A DNA stretch of 63,088 nucleotides, filler included, from Thelocarpon superellum (taxonomy: Eukaryota): assembly GCA_026025795.1 (NCBI GenBank). It is 4 parts of 4 records of this genome, joined end to end, with 100 filler letters (N's around TTAATTAATTAA, not from the genome) between each part and the next. Parts side by side here need not be neighbours in the genome. Positions count along the whole stretch, not along the records: positions 47,425 to 63,088 come from JAPEUG010000407.1; 3 more parts are not named here. One strand, written 5' to 3'. The notes below the pieces were generated by a model. It saw only the letters and a program-made list of their open reading frames with translations. It was not told where the DNA came from and searched no databases. A program made the translations under genes and the position numbers. Of the stretch, positions 48,159 through 61,601 are shown in pieces. Each line of letters begins with the position of its first letter. Positions within the stretch are counted from its first letter, which is position 1.

Positions 48159-48974
48159 ATGTTTCCACCCGGGCTCTTTCCGCGCAGGTCTCTGCCCAAG
48201 GTTCTTGCTATCATGGAACGGGTGCGAGGCGCAAGAACGCCCAACTTCAACCCAGCTCTCCGACACTTTAGCGTACGCAAGACCGCTGACAGGCCGACCT
48301 ATGCCTTTTCACGACGGCCATCGCTCTTCGACCGTTTGGCAACCCTTCGCCATCTCCGCTTTCGCCGTCACAATGGATCTACCAGCCCAAATCCTACCCC
48401 CAATCTCGGATCCCCGCAACCCGCGCTCTCTGTCTCACAGCGCTTGCGCAAGCTGTCGAGAGAGTATGGCTGGAGCGCTCTAGGCGTCTACCTCCTGCTC
48501 TCCGCCCTGGACTTCCCCTTTTGCTTCCTCGCCGTTCGGATACTCGGGACCGACCGGATCGGACACTGGGAGCATATCGTCATCAACTGGTTCTGGAGCG
48601 TGGTGCCTTGGAAATTCACCCCGACGGAGGGTCAGGATCAAGACCGTGATGGACAGCCCGACGTCGTCGATGGTGCCATGACTCGAGTGGGAGAAGGGGG
48701 CTGGGGAGTGGAGGCGGCTGAACAAGCCAATACCGAATCCGGCGCAAGTACGTATCCTCCGTCGTGGCAAGATGTTTTACTCATTTCTGACCGTGATGGA
48801 TGCGCAGGTATCTGGACGCAACTGGCGCTGGCATACGCCATCCACAAGAGCTTCATCTTTCTTCGAGTCCCACTGACAGCCGCCGTGACCCCCAAGGTGG
48901 TTCATGTCCTCCGACGATGGGGTTGGGATATCGGCAAACGGAAGCCCAAGGTCTCCCCTGTCACGAAGACATGA
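48159..48974 (+). CDS. Mitochondrial NAT2/FAM210 (DUF1279)-like protein; intron 48748-48807
   Basis: Arg-rich presequence; SQRLRKLSREYGWSALGVYLLLSALDFPFCF, LAYAIHKSFIFLRVPLTAAVTPKVV. Confidence 0.85.
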   Translation: MFPPGLFPRRSLPKVLAIMERVRGARTPNFNPALRHFSVRKTADRPTYAFSRRPSLFDRLATLRHLRFRRHNGSTSPNPTPNLGSPQPALSVSQRLRKLSREYGWSALGVYLLLSALDFPFCFLAVRILGTDRIGHWEHIVINWFWSVVPWKFTPTEGQDQDRDGQPDVVDGAMTRVGEGGWGVEAAEQANTESGASTYPPSWQDVLLISDRDGCAGIWTQLALAYAIHKSFIFLRVPLTAAVTPKVVHVLRRWGWDIGKRKPKVSPVTKT

Positions 48975-49163
48975 TGGAGGGCGAGTGAGCAGGGCGGTCC
49001 CCTCGAATTCATCTTTGTATCTTACATTCATCGCACCCGCCACGGCGGCCAATCTCACCTCCTTTTCACAGACCGTCTGTCAATTGACGCAACTCAATCC
49101 CTCGGGTACACTGTTCTCGATGAACGAGAAATCCGTCGCGCAACCTTGTGCCAATAGCCTCGA

Positions 49164-51617
49164 TTAAAGAAACTCAAACGTGTCCCCTTTATCGCCCTTG
49201 ATCATGGCGCCGGCGCGTTGCTCACCCACGATCCGTTCCAGCTTCAGACCATCCCAGCGCGAGAAAAGACATCGAACTCCGGTATCGGCGGCGGTGATGC
49301 GACCTTCGCCAACGCTGCGCTCCAAATACCCGCCTGTGATTTCGCGATAGAAGATAGGATTGTCTGGCAGCCCGTACATCACCACGCGCGACACGCCTCG
49401 GATCCGGTATCGGCGAAAGTGATGAGCACGCTCCGTGTAGAGTAAGAGCGCGTGACGGCCCGTCAAGAAGTGCGATCGAGCGCGAGCCACGTCTGGCGGT
49501 GCGGTGTATTCCGAAACAACTCCGAAGGAGAGAGACGTCGTCGCGAGATGATTCCGCACGCGGATAAAGTCCAAGCTTGACGGGATGAAGAGCAGAATAC
49601 CAGGGGCACGCGTGGTGCTCGAAGAGGCCGGTGAAGGGCGATGGCGTACCTTCAGGAGAGAGGGTAGGATGGCGGCGCTGAAGTACTTGAAGCGCACATC
49701 AGGCTCGGCGGCCGGAGAAGGACAGTCGAAGCGCGAGAACACTTGCTTCAGCGTGAACGGCTGGAGCAAAGCGGAGCCATCGTACTGGGGGCTGCACTTG
49801 ACTTTCCCGGCCACGTTTTTCATGTGGCTCGAGAAGAGGCTGTTCAGTTCGGGCGTGTGATAGCCGCTGAAGACCAGGGTCTGTCGGAGATATTGAGCGT
49901 GATCGTCCAAATACCATGCTCGTACGCGACTGAAGTCGCAGCCACGGGCCTCCTTGGGCTGCAGGTTGAGATGGTCGAACAGACATTCCACGTGTTCCCA
50001 GTTTTGCATTAGCAGCGCATCAGCTTGGTCAAGGATGACCATCTCTATTGAGCTCAAGAAATCGTGATCTTGTTTCTTTTCACTGTGGTGGGTCAGACGA
50101 ATGTCTCAATCAACAGGAACGAGGATGACGTACTCGTCCATACCCATCGCCATGCGAAGACCCAGCGGACTTGCGATGATGATGTCGGAGTTGTAGAATC
50201 GTGCAAAGTACTTGATCGTTTTGCGGGTAAACTTCAATCCGATTCGGAAGAGGTCGTCGTCATTGCCACTGAATAGATCCCGGAAGTCTTCGGGCTTGTC
50301 TGCACCCAGCGATCCCTCCGTTTCCACGTATGCGTCCTGAAAGCGCTTCTTGTTCTCCTGCTGCTCCGGCTCACATAAGCCCGCGATGGTATCCACGATT
50401 CGGGCACATGAATGCCGCGTTGGTACAACCACTAGCACTTTCGGCCGGGTAAAGCCTTGGTCGCGCAGCTCCACGTCGTCATCACCGTCCCCTCTCATGC
50501 GGCGCCCGTTGTTTTTGATCACTCGATCTCGTGTCCTGCGGGCTATCAGCATAACCACAGCAATCCTCTTCGATGCTCATACTTGAAGATATGATTCAAG
50601 GCATGGAGACAGTAGAGTGTCCTTAACCCATCAGAGTCGTGAATGGTTCGGCCACCGAAGAGGACATCTTGATAGTCAAAAATATAGGGAGCGATGGAGG
50701 CTTCCACATCGTTGAATTTCGATTTCATCTTCTTTACGCTTGCGACGAGCTTTGATTTCAGCTAAGAATGTATGAGATATCCTCATCTTCTTGAACGCGA
50801 GTAGCCGGGGAGCCATACTTGTAAATCTTGGGGACCTTGGATAGCTTTCGTCGCGGACATTTGAGAGCCCGTCCCCCCCGACGGTATGTATGCAATGACT
50901 TTACCGATTGACTTGGCATGGAATTTCTGAACACGCCATTGGTTCTGTGACACGGTTGCAATGGTCTTTGCAAGGACTGCGTCGTCAGGATTGGCAAAAT
51001 GGGTCTCGAAGATATCGAGGCCTATGAAGATCAGTCTCACTCATTCCACGGGACAAAGTGACAACCTACCATCGCTAGCGGTCTTTTCGTCGTCTGCATC
51101 ATCCTCGGAATAGTCGCTGCCTGTCGAAAGCAGGTCCTCGTTGTCCTCTTGGATCTTGTCGACGTTTCTATCGTCACTTTCCGCTGGACCCTGCCCAAGC
51201 TCCACACGATTGACTGCTGCACCGTCTCGAGGCGTTGCATGCTCTCCTCTCTTTCTTTTCCTGCCATGGAGCTCTTTCGGCGTCGATTCTGGTTTCAAAG
51301 AACGCATGAGGAGGCTGAACGCCGGAATGGAGGAATTGGGGACATCCTCGTCGTCGCCAGCGGTTGAGAGGTCTTCATCGACGAAATCCTCAATGCCGGA
51401 GCTAGAAGACACACTTGCTGATGCTTCAAGGTCTCTAGAATCCGTCAAAAACGATCATCTTACAAGGTCGAGCAGTGGGGGATTACTGGACCATAGGCTC
51501 AACTCTTGACGTGGCGAACTGAGTCGCTCGTCCCCCTCGGCCTCGAGACCGGGAGAAAGGTCTCCCACGTCCACGGCCTCGTCCACCAACTGATCGACCG
51601 CCCTTTGCCACGGCCAT
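49164..51617 (-). CDS. UTP25: U3 snoRNA-associated protein Utp25 (DUF1253), multi-exon
   Basis: [80 protein letters not shown]. Confidence 0.93.
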
Positions 51618-51871
51618 TACCCGACGATGGGGATTTCTTATGCAGGTGCTGGAAAGATTCTTGTTCCGCTTGACCTTCGATAAGTTCCGGTAGCTCCAGG
51701 AACTTTCGCTCTAGCGCGAAATTGGAGGGCTAACCCCACCCATACCCGAAGTGTCTGGCGAAAAAGCCCGGCCATCAGGGCCTGGGACGACGTCCAAGTG
51801 CTCAGCTTTCCTCCTTGACTGGACTGCCCAGCCAAAAGACGTGCAGACGAACCTGACGTCACTTGCCCGGC

Positions 51872-53049
51872 ATGGCAGACCAGGACTCGTTTTTGCACTT
51901 GGCCAGACCCTTGGGGGCCACCGCCCTTGGGGCACAGCCAACGACTGCCCCTCTCAATGTTGTCATTCAACCTCAGGTATGTAGTGGATCATTCTGGCCC
52001 CTCACACCATAGCGGCGCAGGCTTTGAGTCACGCTAACCCTCTCCATAGGCTCTCTTCTCTATTCTGGACCATTCTTTACGCCGGAATGTGGACCAAGAA
52101 CGTGTGATCGGGACGTTGCTCGGGGTCCGATCCGAAGATGGCAGCGAGGTGGAGATCCGGAACTGCTTTGCCGTCCCACACACCGAGACGCAAGAGCAAG
52201 TCGAGGTGGACATGGAGTATCAAAAAACGATGCTGCTGTTACATCTGAAAGCCAACCCGCGCGAGGTCCTCGTGGGATGGTATGCGACCTCCTCCGAGCT
52301 CAACCAGTTCTCAGCCTTGATCCAAAACCACTACGGCAGCCAGGGCGATGGCACCTACCCACATCCCGCCGTGCATCTGACTGTGTCGACGGTCCCCGGG
52401 AAAGACATTGAGACCCGGACATACATCTCCGCGCCGGTCGGGGTTACGGCGGAGCGAGTGGCGGACAGCTCGTCCTTCATCCCTATCCCCTACGAGATTC
52501 GATACGGCGACGCCGAGAAGAGCGGCTTGGAGCTCATCTCCGGAGCCAAGGACAAGGAGAACCGCTCAACGGGCATCATCACCGACGTCCATGCCCTGGA
52601 GCGAAACGTGGAGGAAGTGCTCAAGATGCTTGACCGTGTCTCAGAATACGTGAGCTCGGTGCTAGATGAGGAGCGGCCCGGGTCGAATGCGCTGGGTCAG
52701 TTTCTCTTGAATGCGCTGGCCCTTGCGCCCAAGGTGGATCCCGCGGATATCGAGCGGCATTTGTGAGCATCCTCATCATCCTCGCTGCCGCTGCGAAGTA
52801 CTGACGTGCGGTAGCAACAACCACATCCAAGACGTATTGGTCGTCTCGTACTTGGCCAATACTATCCGGACACAGATTGATCTCTCCAACCGATTAGCCA
52901 CGGCGGCATTGACCACCGGTTCGTCTGACGGTCTAGGGGCCTCGGGCGGTGGCGGTGGTGGGGGGGGAGAGGGCGGTGGTCAACGTGGAGGCCGGGAGCA
53001 CCGGGGCGGGCGGGGGCGAGGACAATCGCAACGAGAGCCACGTGAATGA
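51872..53049 (+). CDS. eIF3f: Translation initiation factor eIF3 subunit F (MPN domain), 3 exons
   Basis: [15 protein letters not shown]...[52 protein letters not shown]. Confidence 0.93.
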
Positions 53050-53241
53050 TTAGATGTCATGTATTTGATCGGCCCCACATGAAAGGAAGCATGGCGTCTC
53101 GGCCTTTGTGATCCAATGCAGCCTCTATTGTAGCCCTCGCGTAGCCCCGTCGGCGCGGTGCGATCAACGCCGTATCCGATGCCCTCCGCTAAACGCCCAG
53201 AATCATGCTGGAGGTAAGTCGCCCCAGATCAACGCCAGATG

Positions 53242-53789
53242 CTACGCCGCCATCTGCCGCGTCTCTTGGTCATCCAGCTTCCCTTCCGCCAATCTCTCCA
53301 CATCGGCCTTGACCAGCTTGTCGTCGTTCTCGTTGAAGACCTTACGCAGCGTCTTGAGATGCTTATCCATCTGGACGAGCTCCTGCACACGACCCAATTT
53401 GATGGCGTCTTTCCGTAGAGCGAAGGTGAAGTCGTCAACCTTCATCTTCTGCCGCCGGCTGTACGACGCATGGGCTGCCGCTTCGTGGCACGTTTCGATG
53501 ATGAAGCTGCGCCAGACGTTCAGCCTCGTTCCATCCCGAGCAGACGCACTCAAGATCTGGATAGGCGAGTACCGGTGACGTACTCCGTAACGATCTCATC
53601 CAGCACCTTGACCGTCTCATCCAACGGTTCCCGAACGTCTCCAAAAGCATACATGAGTATCCTCACTAACAACCCGGGGACAAATGAGTGAGCGGAAACC
53701 AGCAAAGCATAGATGGGGCTCGACTCACACTCTTTGGAAAAATTCTGCTGCCCTTTGGTATGCGCAACGCGTGCTCGTGGCTCCGCCAT
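53242..53789 (-). CDS. TAF13: TFIID subunit Taf13, 3 exons
   Basis: LMYAFGDVREPLDETVKVLDEIVT|DFIIETCHEAA...KMKVDDFTFALRKD..KLGRVQEL. Confidence 0.9.
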
Positions 53790-54237
53790 CTCGATGCTTA
53801 AGGATGGTGATGGCAAAGTAGGGAGAGGAAAGACGAATCGCGGTCGATCCTGTTCACACGTACAAGGATCATGAATGCCAGAGAGCTGGCGAGTTCGCTT
53901 CGCGATTTGACGCGTGGTCTGCCGCGCGCCTACGTGTTGAAGCATGCCAACACGTTGGGAGAAATCGGACGGACATTGAGTCGCAGGTCACTTAAAAAGT
54001 AACTCATCACCTTTTGGATGCTAGTGCTCTGCTTGAGTCTAGCGGCGGAAAAGGATTCAAGGGTTCATTCACCTTGCTAGCAGGTGAAGGCTATTCCAGC
54101 TCTCTCGCTATTGTTACGCCAGCTGTCTTCACCTTCGCTTACGTCCGACCTTCCGATTCATCTTCACATCCGCCGAGGTATCGACCAAGATCATCGCGAG
54201 TTGCGCCCAGCCCGCCAGAGAGCATTTCAGAGCAGCC

Positions 54238-54634
54238 ATGGTGTGTTTGCGTAGCAATATAGGGAGGTACGAGAGCGGGAATGCTGATAAGCCTTGCAGA
54301 CCGCTCTCTTCAACTTCCAGTCCCTGTTGCTGGTCATTCTCCTCCTCATCTGCACAAGTGCCTACGCTCACGGAGTGTTCCCTGGCATGATCGACCGAAA
54401 CAAAGATGGGTGGGTCTCCTGAGGTCAGCGAGCCTAGTCTCGCCATGATGCTGATGTCTCTGCTCCGGTGTAGCGTCTTTGGTATCTTCTGGAAATGTGC
54501 GCGGATTGGCGAACGGTTGAGTCCGTACGTTAGTATATGTTGCGTCGTCATGGCGGTGAGACCCCTAACGACCCTGCTATGCGATGACCCATGAACTGAC
54601 TTCGCACCCAAAGGTCTCCATTTTCATCCAGTGA
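54238..54634 (+). CDS. KSH1: Protein kish (Ksh1/TMEM167), 4 exons
   Basis: Spliced [23 protein letters not shown]...[36 protein letters not shown]. Confidence 0.93.
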
Positions 54635-55350
54635 CGATCTCTCGGCCAGGACAATACCCCGTCCCGCTTCTGTTGGCGTCAAAGCGAATTGTATCAATCA
54701 TGCGAATGGAGGTATCCAGTGTCTGGTTTACTTGAGCGCTTTCTTCTCCTTGACATAACTCTTCTGCGCCAATATTTGGACCTGCGGAGGTCGACATCGT
54801 ATACGAACATGCATTCATCCTCAATGCTTAAGTCTCATCCCCACTGCAGCAAAGACATCACGGTTGCGCGTAGCCACGGCTGGGTCCGCCACCCTGCACC
54901 CGTGCCTAATCAGCGAAACCCGGGTCCTGTCAAACATCATCTGTGATGGCAGCTCTAAGATGCTGGACACGGCCGTAGTCAAATTCTAGACTGTGTGCCG
55001 ACGTCCTGCAAGGGTGTCTCTTTCCTCGGGACTGTGTCAAGTATATCGTGTCATTATGTTCCTTGCACGTTATGTCGTCGTAGTCGTGTCCTGGAGGGAG
55101 AGCTCCTTTCACTCCAAAAACATGACCTCGATTTGGTGCAAACGCGGTGGCCCGAAACTAAATCAAGCTACGGTACACGTACAGTTAGGCGAAGTAGACG
55201 CGCGGGTACACCCTCGCCTGTCTCCGCAAGAAATGTTCGCTCCCAGAACTTTGTCCCACCATTGACTGCTAGCTACCCGCAACGTCGCCCAGCGTCCTCC
55301 AGTGCGAAGATCAGACATATCTCCGCTGCGATCTGGTACAGGTCGAGACC

Positions 55351-56031
55351 ATGTCCACCTCCCACACGTCGCTTGCGGCTCAAGCCAATGAACGAACGGC
55401 CCGCCTCGCCGCGCTCAAGAACCTCAAGCGCAAGCAACCTCCGTCGGACGAGCCGACCCGCGGTGCGTCCAACACCGGCGACGAAGACAGCTCAAAGACC
55501 TCTACAGCGACGCCGGCGCCACCATCAAGAAGCGAGAAGAATGGCGACGCAGACGAAGAACCAGACGTGACGCGGTTACATCTCTCAGGGCGCAACTACG
55601 ACCCGGAAGTGCGGGGACCCAAGTTGGGATTTGATGCGGCGCCCACGGCGGGCGAGTCGACGGTTGAGGTCCGCGCGGCGGCGCTGAAGGAGGAGACGGC
55701 GAGATTGCAGGCGAAGCATGACGCGGAGGCGAAGAAGCCGTTGGATCTCTGGCGGCTGCAGCCTAAACGACCGAATTGGGACCTCAAGCGTGACCTGGAG
55801 GCGAAGCTGGTGCGTGTGAATGTGCGCACCGACAATGCCATTGCGAAGATGGTGAGGAAGCGAGTGGTGGAACAGCAGCAGCGCGCGAGAAAGGAGAGTG
55901 GTGAGGATACGGACGGGGAGGCGGCCGGCTTAGAGGGTGCGGCGTTGGTGGAGGGGGTGCACATGAGGGAGCGAGAGGAGGATGAGGAGAGGAGGGCCGA
56001 CGAAGCCGATGATCTCGGCACGGCCACATGA
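55351..56031 (+). CDS. cwf18: Pre-mRNA splicing factor Cwf18 (CCDC12)
   Basis: ERTARLAALKNLKRK, LSGRNYDP, LQPKRPNWDLKRDL, RTDNAIAKMVR. Confidence 0.9.
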   Translation: MSTSHTSLAAQANERTARLAALKNLKRKQPPSDEPTRGASNTGDEDSSKTSTATPAPPSRSEKNGDADEEPDVTRLHLSGRNYDPEVRGPKLGFDAAPTAGESTVEVRAAALKEETARLQAKHDAEAKKPLDLWRLQPKRPNWDLKRDLEAKLVRVNVRTDNAIAKMVRKRVVEQQQRARKESGEDTDGEAAGLEGAALVEGVHMREREEDEERRADEADDLGTAT

Positions 56032-56207
56032 AAGCACATCTACAGAGGACACGGCGAGCGCTTCGTCAAAGCTGGGCTCAGTCAAAACACGGCCCGACAC
56101 GACATCCTTCGCGGACTCAGTGAGAACGCCTTGCCAAAATTGCACCAAAAGGACTTCGCCACCCGCATTCCCTTCCCAACGCTATGCGCCTTGAGTCAAA
56201 TTCAAGT

Positions 56208-57297
56208 CTACCTTCCCGTATTCATGGCCTGGGTTAACGCCAGACGCTTGCTGAACGGGCTCAAACTACGCTCTTTGCGCGGTGGAGGGGCCGGAAGTGG
56301 TGCATGAGGCCGCCTATCATCCCGACGTGAATCCTCGCGGAAGTGGCTGCGGTATCGGTCCTCGTCCCTGACGTCCCGCACGACCGCGGACGGATTTGAC
56401 TGCTCCTGCCGCCGCGCTCCGTATCCTCGTGCTCTTGCTCGTTGGTCCTCAGCTTCCGGTGTCCGCGATCGCCGATCTCGTGCAATCCGGCTTGGGTCGA
56501 TACTCCTGCTCTGAGAGCGACGATGGAGCCGTCGTTCACTGGAACGGGTTGAGCTTCGTCGCCGGCCGCGCACCGCTGGGCTAAAGGAGCTGCGCCGGCG
56601 TCGGGTGTGGCGATCGTGTGCCTTTGGGCGATCGGTCCGATCATAGGACGAGACGGAGGTGTAGGACATGGACGAGTCACTCGGTCGTCTCGTTCGCTTT
56701 CGACTCGCGGGTGCGACTCGATCAGCCGTGGAAGTGGGCCAAGCCCCAACCGACCGTCGTGAGAAGGAGTGGGAGACACCGTCTCGACTTCGTCGTCGTG
56801 GCGGAGAGCGAGAGCGACTCGTCGAGATGGTGGAGACTGAGGAGGAACGTGACGAGCCGGGACGAGCGCGAGGTGGATCTCCCGCGTCGGACAGGATGTC
56901 GTCGTCGTCTGCTAGCTTCCGCTCGCGTCGTCGCTGCTCCTCCTTCTTGGCCAGTTCCTCTTCAGCGATTCCTTTCCTGCATGATGTTAGCCACGGTGAC
57001 GCATCCACGCCGCAAGACATGCTCACTTTCGCAAGAGGTCATTGGGCACGTCGCTAGTCAGCTTCGGGACGAGCTTGGGATTCAGCAGCTGCTGCGTGCG
57101 CGACGGTCGGGCGGCATAGGGCCGTTCATGGGCGGAGGCCTTGCACTCATAGCTGTAATGACGTGAGGGAAGATCAGCCAGGCGAACCCCTTCCATAGCA
57201 GCATGAGACACCTATCTCGTTTCAAGCATTTTTGGCAAAGCGTCGACGCGGTCGCCTTGGACGGGCCTCCCGAGGATGGTCCACGGTAGCGGTTCAT
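56208..57297 (-). CDS. ZCCHC10-like zinc-knuckle / RS-rich protein, 3 exons (first intron probably AT-AC)
   Basis: CQKCLKR|GHYSYEC, ERPYAARPSRTQQL, long RS-rich tail ending ERSLSPFSKRLALTQ. Confidence 0.88.
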
Positions 57298-58925
57298 CAG
57301 ACGAGGCGGGCAAGGAGGAGGGCCCCTTCACACGGGTGTCTGGAACGAAGTAATGAAATGCGGGTAGAGCCTGAGACCTGGGGCAACTCTTTCTCCGAGG
57401 GAATCGACTCGGCGAGAGGACCGACGAGGGCCCGCACAACTGACACTGAAGGCCGCCGTGATCACAGAAGGTGGCGAGGAATAGGTGACGGGTACAGAAT
57501 AGAGAGATCAAGGCGGCGGTACGGGGACAGGTCGAAGTTGTCCCTCGTCACACTGATTTCTCCTCTCCCCAGCGAGCGCAGTCAGAAGATTCCGCCTGAA
57601 TAATCGGCGCCTTGACGAGCCGCTGGCAGGCGCGGTAGGGAAGGCTAGCCCGACTCCATTCTTTATAGTTATGGTACAAAGTACGGAGCGCGCTACGCCC
57701 TTACCGATACCTACAGGACTCTAGTAGTCACGTGTTCGCTCAGGGCGAAGTCGCGGGCGCGGCCTAGAAGAAACGGAAAAATAGCCAAATGGAATGGTAT
57801 AACGCTGCTGGCAGCGAAGAAACCGATCAGGACATTGAGTGTTCACGTCGACAGCTCCTGCTCTTGCACCAGATTCCTATTTTACCCGCACCGCTCTCTG
57901 GCCATAGAAATGTCTTTACAGTGAGACAGCTAAGCTGCGATTTGTCTGGACTGGGCTGCGGCTGGCTTGCATCAGCCTAGATGGTCCGGCTTGAACCCAG
58001 TCTTGACGGCCCAAACTGCTTTTTTGACTCTTGGCGAGGTATCTGAAAAACGGTTCGATGAGCGACGAGGCAGAAAGGCGTCCTGCTCAGATGCAGCAGC
58101 GCGTGGATTGAAGCGCCTTTCACCGTTGGAGGAAAGCCTTCTCGCCGAGGGACGAGCGTGTCGTAGTTAGCTTGGTGCCCAATCGAGCAAAGCGAGGCGA
58201 AGCGAAGCGAGGGATGCATAGGACGAGCAAATTCCAACGGCTCCCGCGTACGAGGCGAGGACGACGCACCTGCACCTGCACTTGCACTTGCACTTGCACG
58301 AGTTCGTAGGACGTACGGTACTCGTAGGGTACAGGACCAGTACTGGCCAGTGGGAGAAGTGCATGCAGTGTTTTGAAGTGTTTGATGCCATCCACCCCAT
58401 CGGAACTCTACCTCGGGTGCCGCTTGACCAAACCGCAGCTCGAATTTGAACAATTCCCTGACACCGCGCGGGCCGTTCCACTCGACCAACGCCCTTCGTC
58501 CATCACCTCTCACCATGGCGACGTTACACCGGGCCTGATCCACTGCGGCCCTCTCACAGCTGCCTTGCACCAACGCTCGTCCCAGCGGGAGCTTTCCTGA
58601 CGACATTGCGTCGTGATATCGCCTTGGCCTGGCCCCCTCGACCTCCGTCCTGATCCCCGACAACGTCTCCCGGCGGTGCCGACTGCTCCTCCCCTTCATA
58701 CCTCGCCCGTTGTCGCGCGCCGAACATGTCCGCCGTCCCCGTCCAGACGTCCTGGCATGTTCCTGATTCCTCAGCTTCGTGACCGGTGGTCGTTGTTCTT
58801 TGATCCTCTTCTTTTGCCACGGCATACGCCTGGCCTGTCTTAGCACCTCCCCCTTTACGCTTCACGCTGCCTTCGACCTCCGCCTTGCTACATCCGAGAC
58901 GCCCGTCGGCCGTGACCGTTCCAGC

Positions 58926-61601
58926 ATGGCGACGACCTCGATCAAGCCCGTGGTGCCCAAGTCCAGCTTTGCAAAGGTGAGCCCCTCATCCAGTCCATCA
59001 GTCTGGATATGCGGCTGACTGGAATGCGGAAACCAGGTTGCGGCCCTCAACGCGAATCAACGTCCATCTCCAGTTGTGGGGGCCAATAGCATGAGCTCCG
59101 TGGAGATGACCGATCCATCTTCGATGCCAAAAACGTCCGTCTCACCTGTGCCAGCCGTTCCGTCGATGGCGGGTCGATTTGCACGATCGCAAGGCGGTGA
59201 TGGGGTGAAAGCCTCCAGCTCGGCGTCTGACATGCAGCGGATCAATGAGGCTGTCAAATCACTAAAGTTGAAGGATGAGCCCTTGAGCGTGACCTCGCGA
59301 AGTTCGGACGATGGCGTCCCGCACACCTCGCCCTCAGAAGCGTCGTCCCGACGACCAGCTAGCCTCGACGGCAAGAGCACGATATCGGGGACAACATTTG
59401 CCTTGGACGAAAAGGAATCCCTCCGTCCCGACGATAGTGCGAGTGTCATGGCCGCCGAGGAGGAGGACTCTTTTTCTGCCCCTGGATCTGTTGCGCCCGG
59501 GTCGCGCCCGGGCTCGGAGACGGGCGCCCGCGCTTTTCGAGATCAGTTTCATGAAATCTCCGAACGAATCGGCGACCCAAGTGACGGACAGGCCCTCCGA
59601 TCCGGTCCCTCCACCCAGCCGCACCCCTTGTCCAATACGGCCAAGCCCACCGATTTGGCTAGCCCCGCTGTCGTGGCAGGAGCAACAAGTGGCGCGTCCG
59701 CCCCGGCCGTCCCTTTTGGCTTCACGCAATCGGGCCCAGATGAGAAGTTACTTGAAGCCCTTGAGTCGCCCAAAGATCGCCTGTTCCTTCTTCGGCTCGA
59801 GCAGGATGTGGTGGAGTTCGTCAAAGATTCCAAGTACGTGCCATGTTGAGTGGTGCTTTCCGTCGCGGCTAATCAGACGGCATAGGGAACCCATGCTTGA
59901 TCTCCCACCATGCAATTCCTTCTGTCGACTACTAATTCACAAGCTGGCGGATTATTACTTTCTCACACATTTTGTTGACCCCGCGGCCAACTCGATTCGG
60001 ATCTACCGCACTCCATTCTGTAGACTGTACGTCCTCGCCACGTTGTTGACGGCCTCGCTAATCTGAGATCAAGTCCGCCTCCTTTAACGGGCATCACCAA
60101 CCCTCCGTTGTCCGGGACGACGCCTCCCCCCACGGCTCAGGCGATGAAGATCATGCGAAGAGGAATGTCGGACAGAGACAACGGAAAAGGCGACAGGAAC
60201 AACCGCGACAAGGCCAACTCGTCCGCCGCCGCGTCGGACGACGGCGGGGACTTGGGGGGCGAGGATGGCAAGATGTCGCGCACGTCTACCGACCCTGGTA
60301 CCGGTGGCTGGAGCAAGGACAAGAGCAACATGACCCGTGAGGAACGAGAGATTGCATATCGCGAAGCGCGTGAACGTATCTTCAAGGGATTCGAAGCGCC
60401 GGAGAGCGACGAAACGAGCTCTGCCGCGGCGGCTGCCACGACCGGTGTCAGCAGTCGGGAGCTGTCGCGGTCCAGCTCCCGTAACGACCGAAGCAAAACG
60501 GCTGCCAAGCGGACGAAGAACGCCAAGGATGACGGGTTCGAGGCACGGTCACAGTTTGCCCCGTACTATCCTCCGCCGCAGTATCAGGTGCCGTCGTTCG
60601 GAGGCGCGCCTCCTTACGGACCCCCTGCGCCATACCATGCGGACTTCGCGCCGGCGATACCGGGCCCGCACGTCACATACCCCACCCCAGCGCATCCACC
60701 GCCCTTGGCGAACGGCTCGCCATCGCACGTCGGCTACGGACCGCAAGGCCCGATGCCAATGCCACGTCCTCCATACTCTCCTGTGAACATGCCGCCAACG
60801 TTTCCTCCCACGATGCCACCGCCTCCTCCCAACTTTGGCCATCACACACTTCATCACTCCGCGGGACCTGATCCGCAGTGGTCTGCGCCGTTCTACCACA
60901 GCCCGTACCCGGCACAGAACCCGCAGCTTGGACAGATACCACCGTCGAACATGGCTCAGCCCGGAAGCTCGCCAGGAAAAACCACGGGAATCAACCCTTA
61001 TCCCTACGGACAGCTACCTAGTCTGAGCTACCCACAACACGTGGCGCCGCGGAACCCACAACATCCTATCCCGGGGAGCTTCAATCGCAATGTTTTTAAT
61101 CCTCGGACGCAGTCCTTCGTGCCGGGAGGCGGCCCGTACGGTGCCGAGGGCATGTCGGGGCCGGCCATGCCCGGCGTCGAGCATCCCCATGGCCACCATG
61201 GGTCTCCACCCTTCCGAATGCCGATGCAGGCGATGCAATCGATGCATGCGACCAAGTATCCTAGTCCGTCGCACCACCTCTCCCCTCAAGCGTCTTCGGC
61301 TCAGGTGGCAAGGAAAGGGTCATCATCACGTGCGGCACCCCCCACGAAGCCCGCCGCGATGCAGAGCACCCTCTCGAAGTGGGGTACTCCCCCGAACCTG
61401 CCGCCCAAGCCTCCAGCGCCGGCATCTTCTAGCCATATCGATCCGCAGCGGAACTTGCCACCAGCGGCCTTTGCCAATGGAATCAAACCACCGCTTCCCA
61501 TGAATGTGGGTCCGGGGTCGACGACTACATCCATGTCGCCCGTCAACGTCTCGGACAAAGCTTTGGGTCGAGGAAAGTTTAGCGGCAATAGAAGGATATA
61601 G
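58926..61601 (+). CDS. R3H and SUZ domain RNA-binding protein (Rbs1/R3HDM-like), 4 exons
   Basis: TFALDEKESLRPDDSAS, EALESPKDRLFLLRLEQD, PPCNSFCRLLIHKLADYY, KIMRR, REEREIAYREARERIF; Pro-rich tail with FNPRTQSFVP. Confidence 0.9.

Noticed and set aside
54725..55262. Possible small minus-strand multi-exon gene between kish and cwf18
   Set aside because: Splice-like signals and short peptides are present, but I could not build a consistent model or recognise a family
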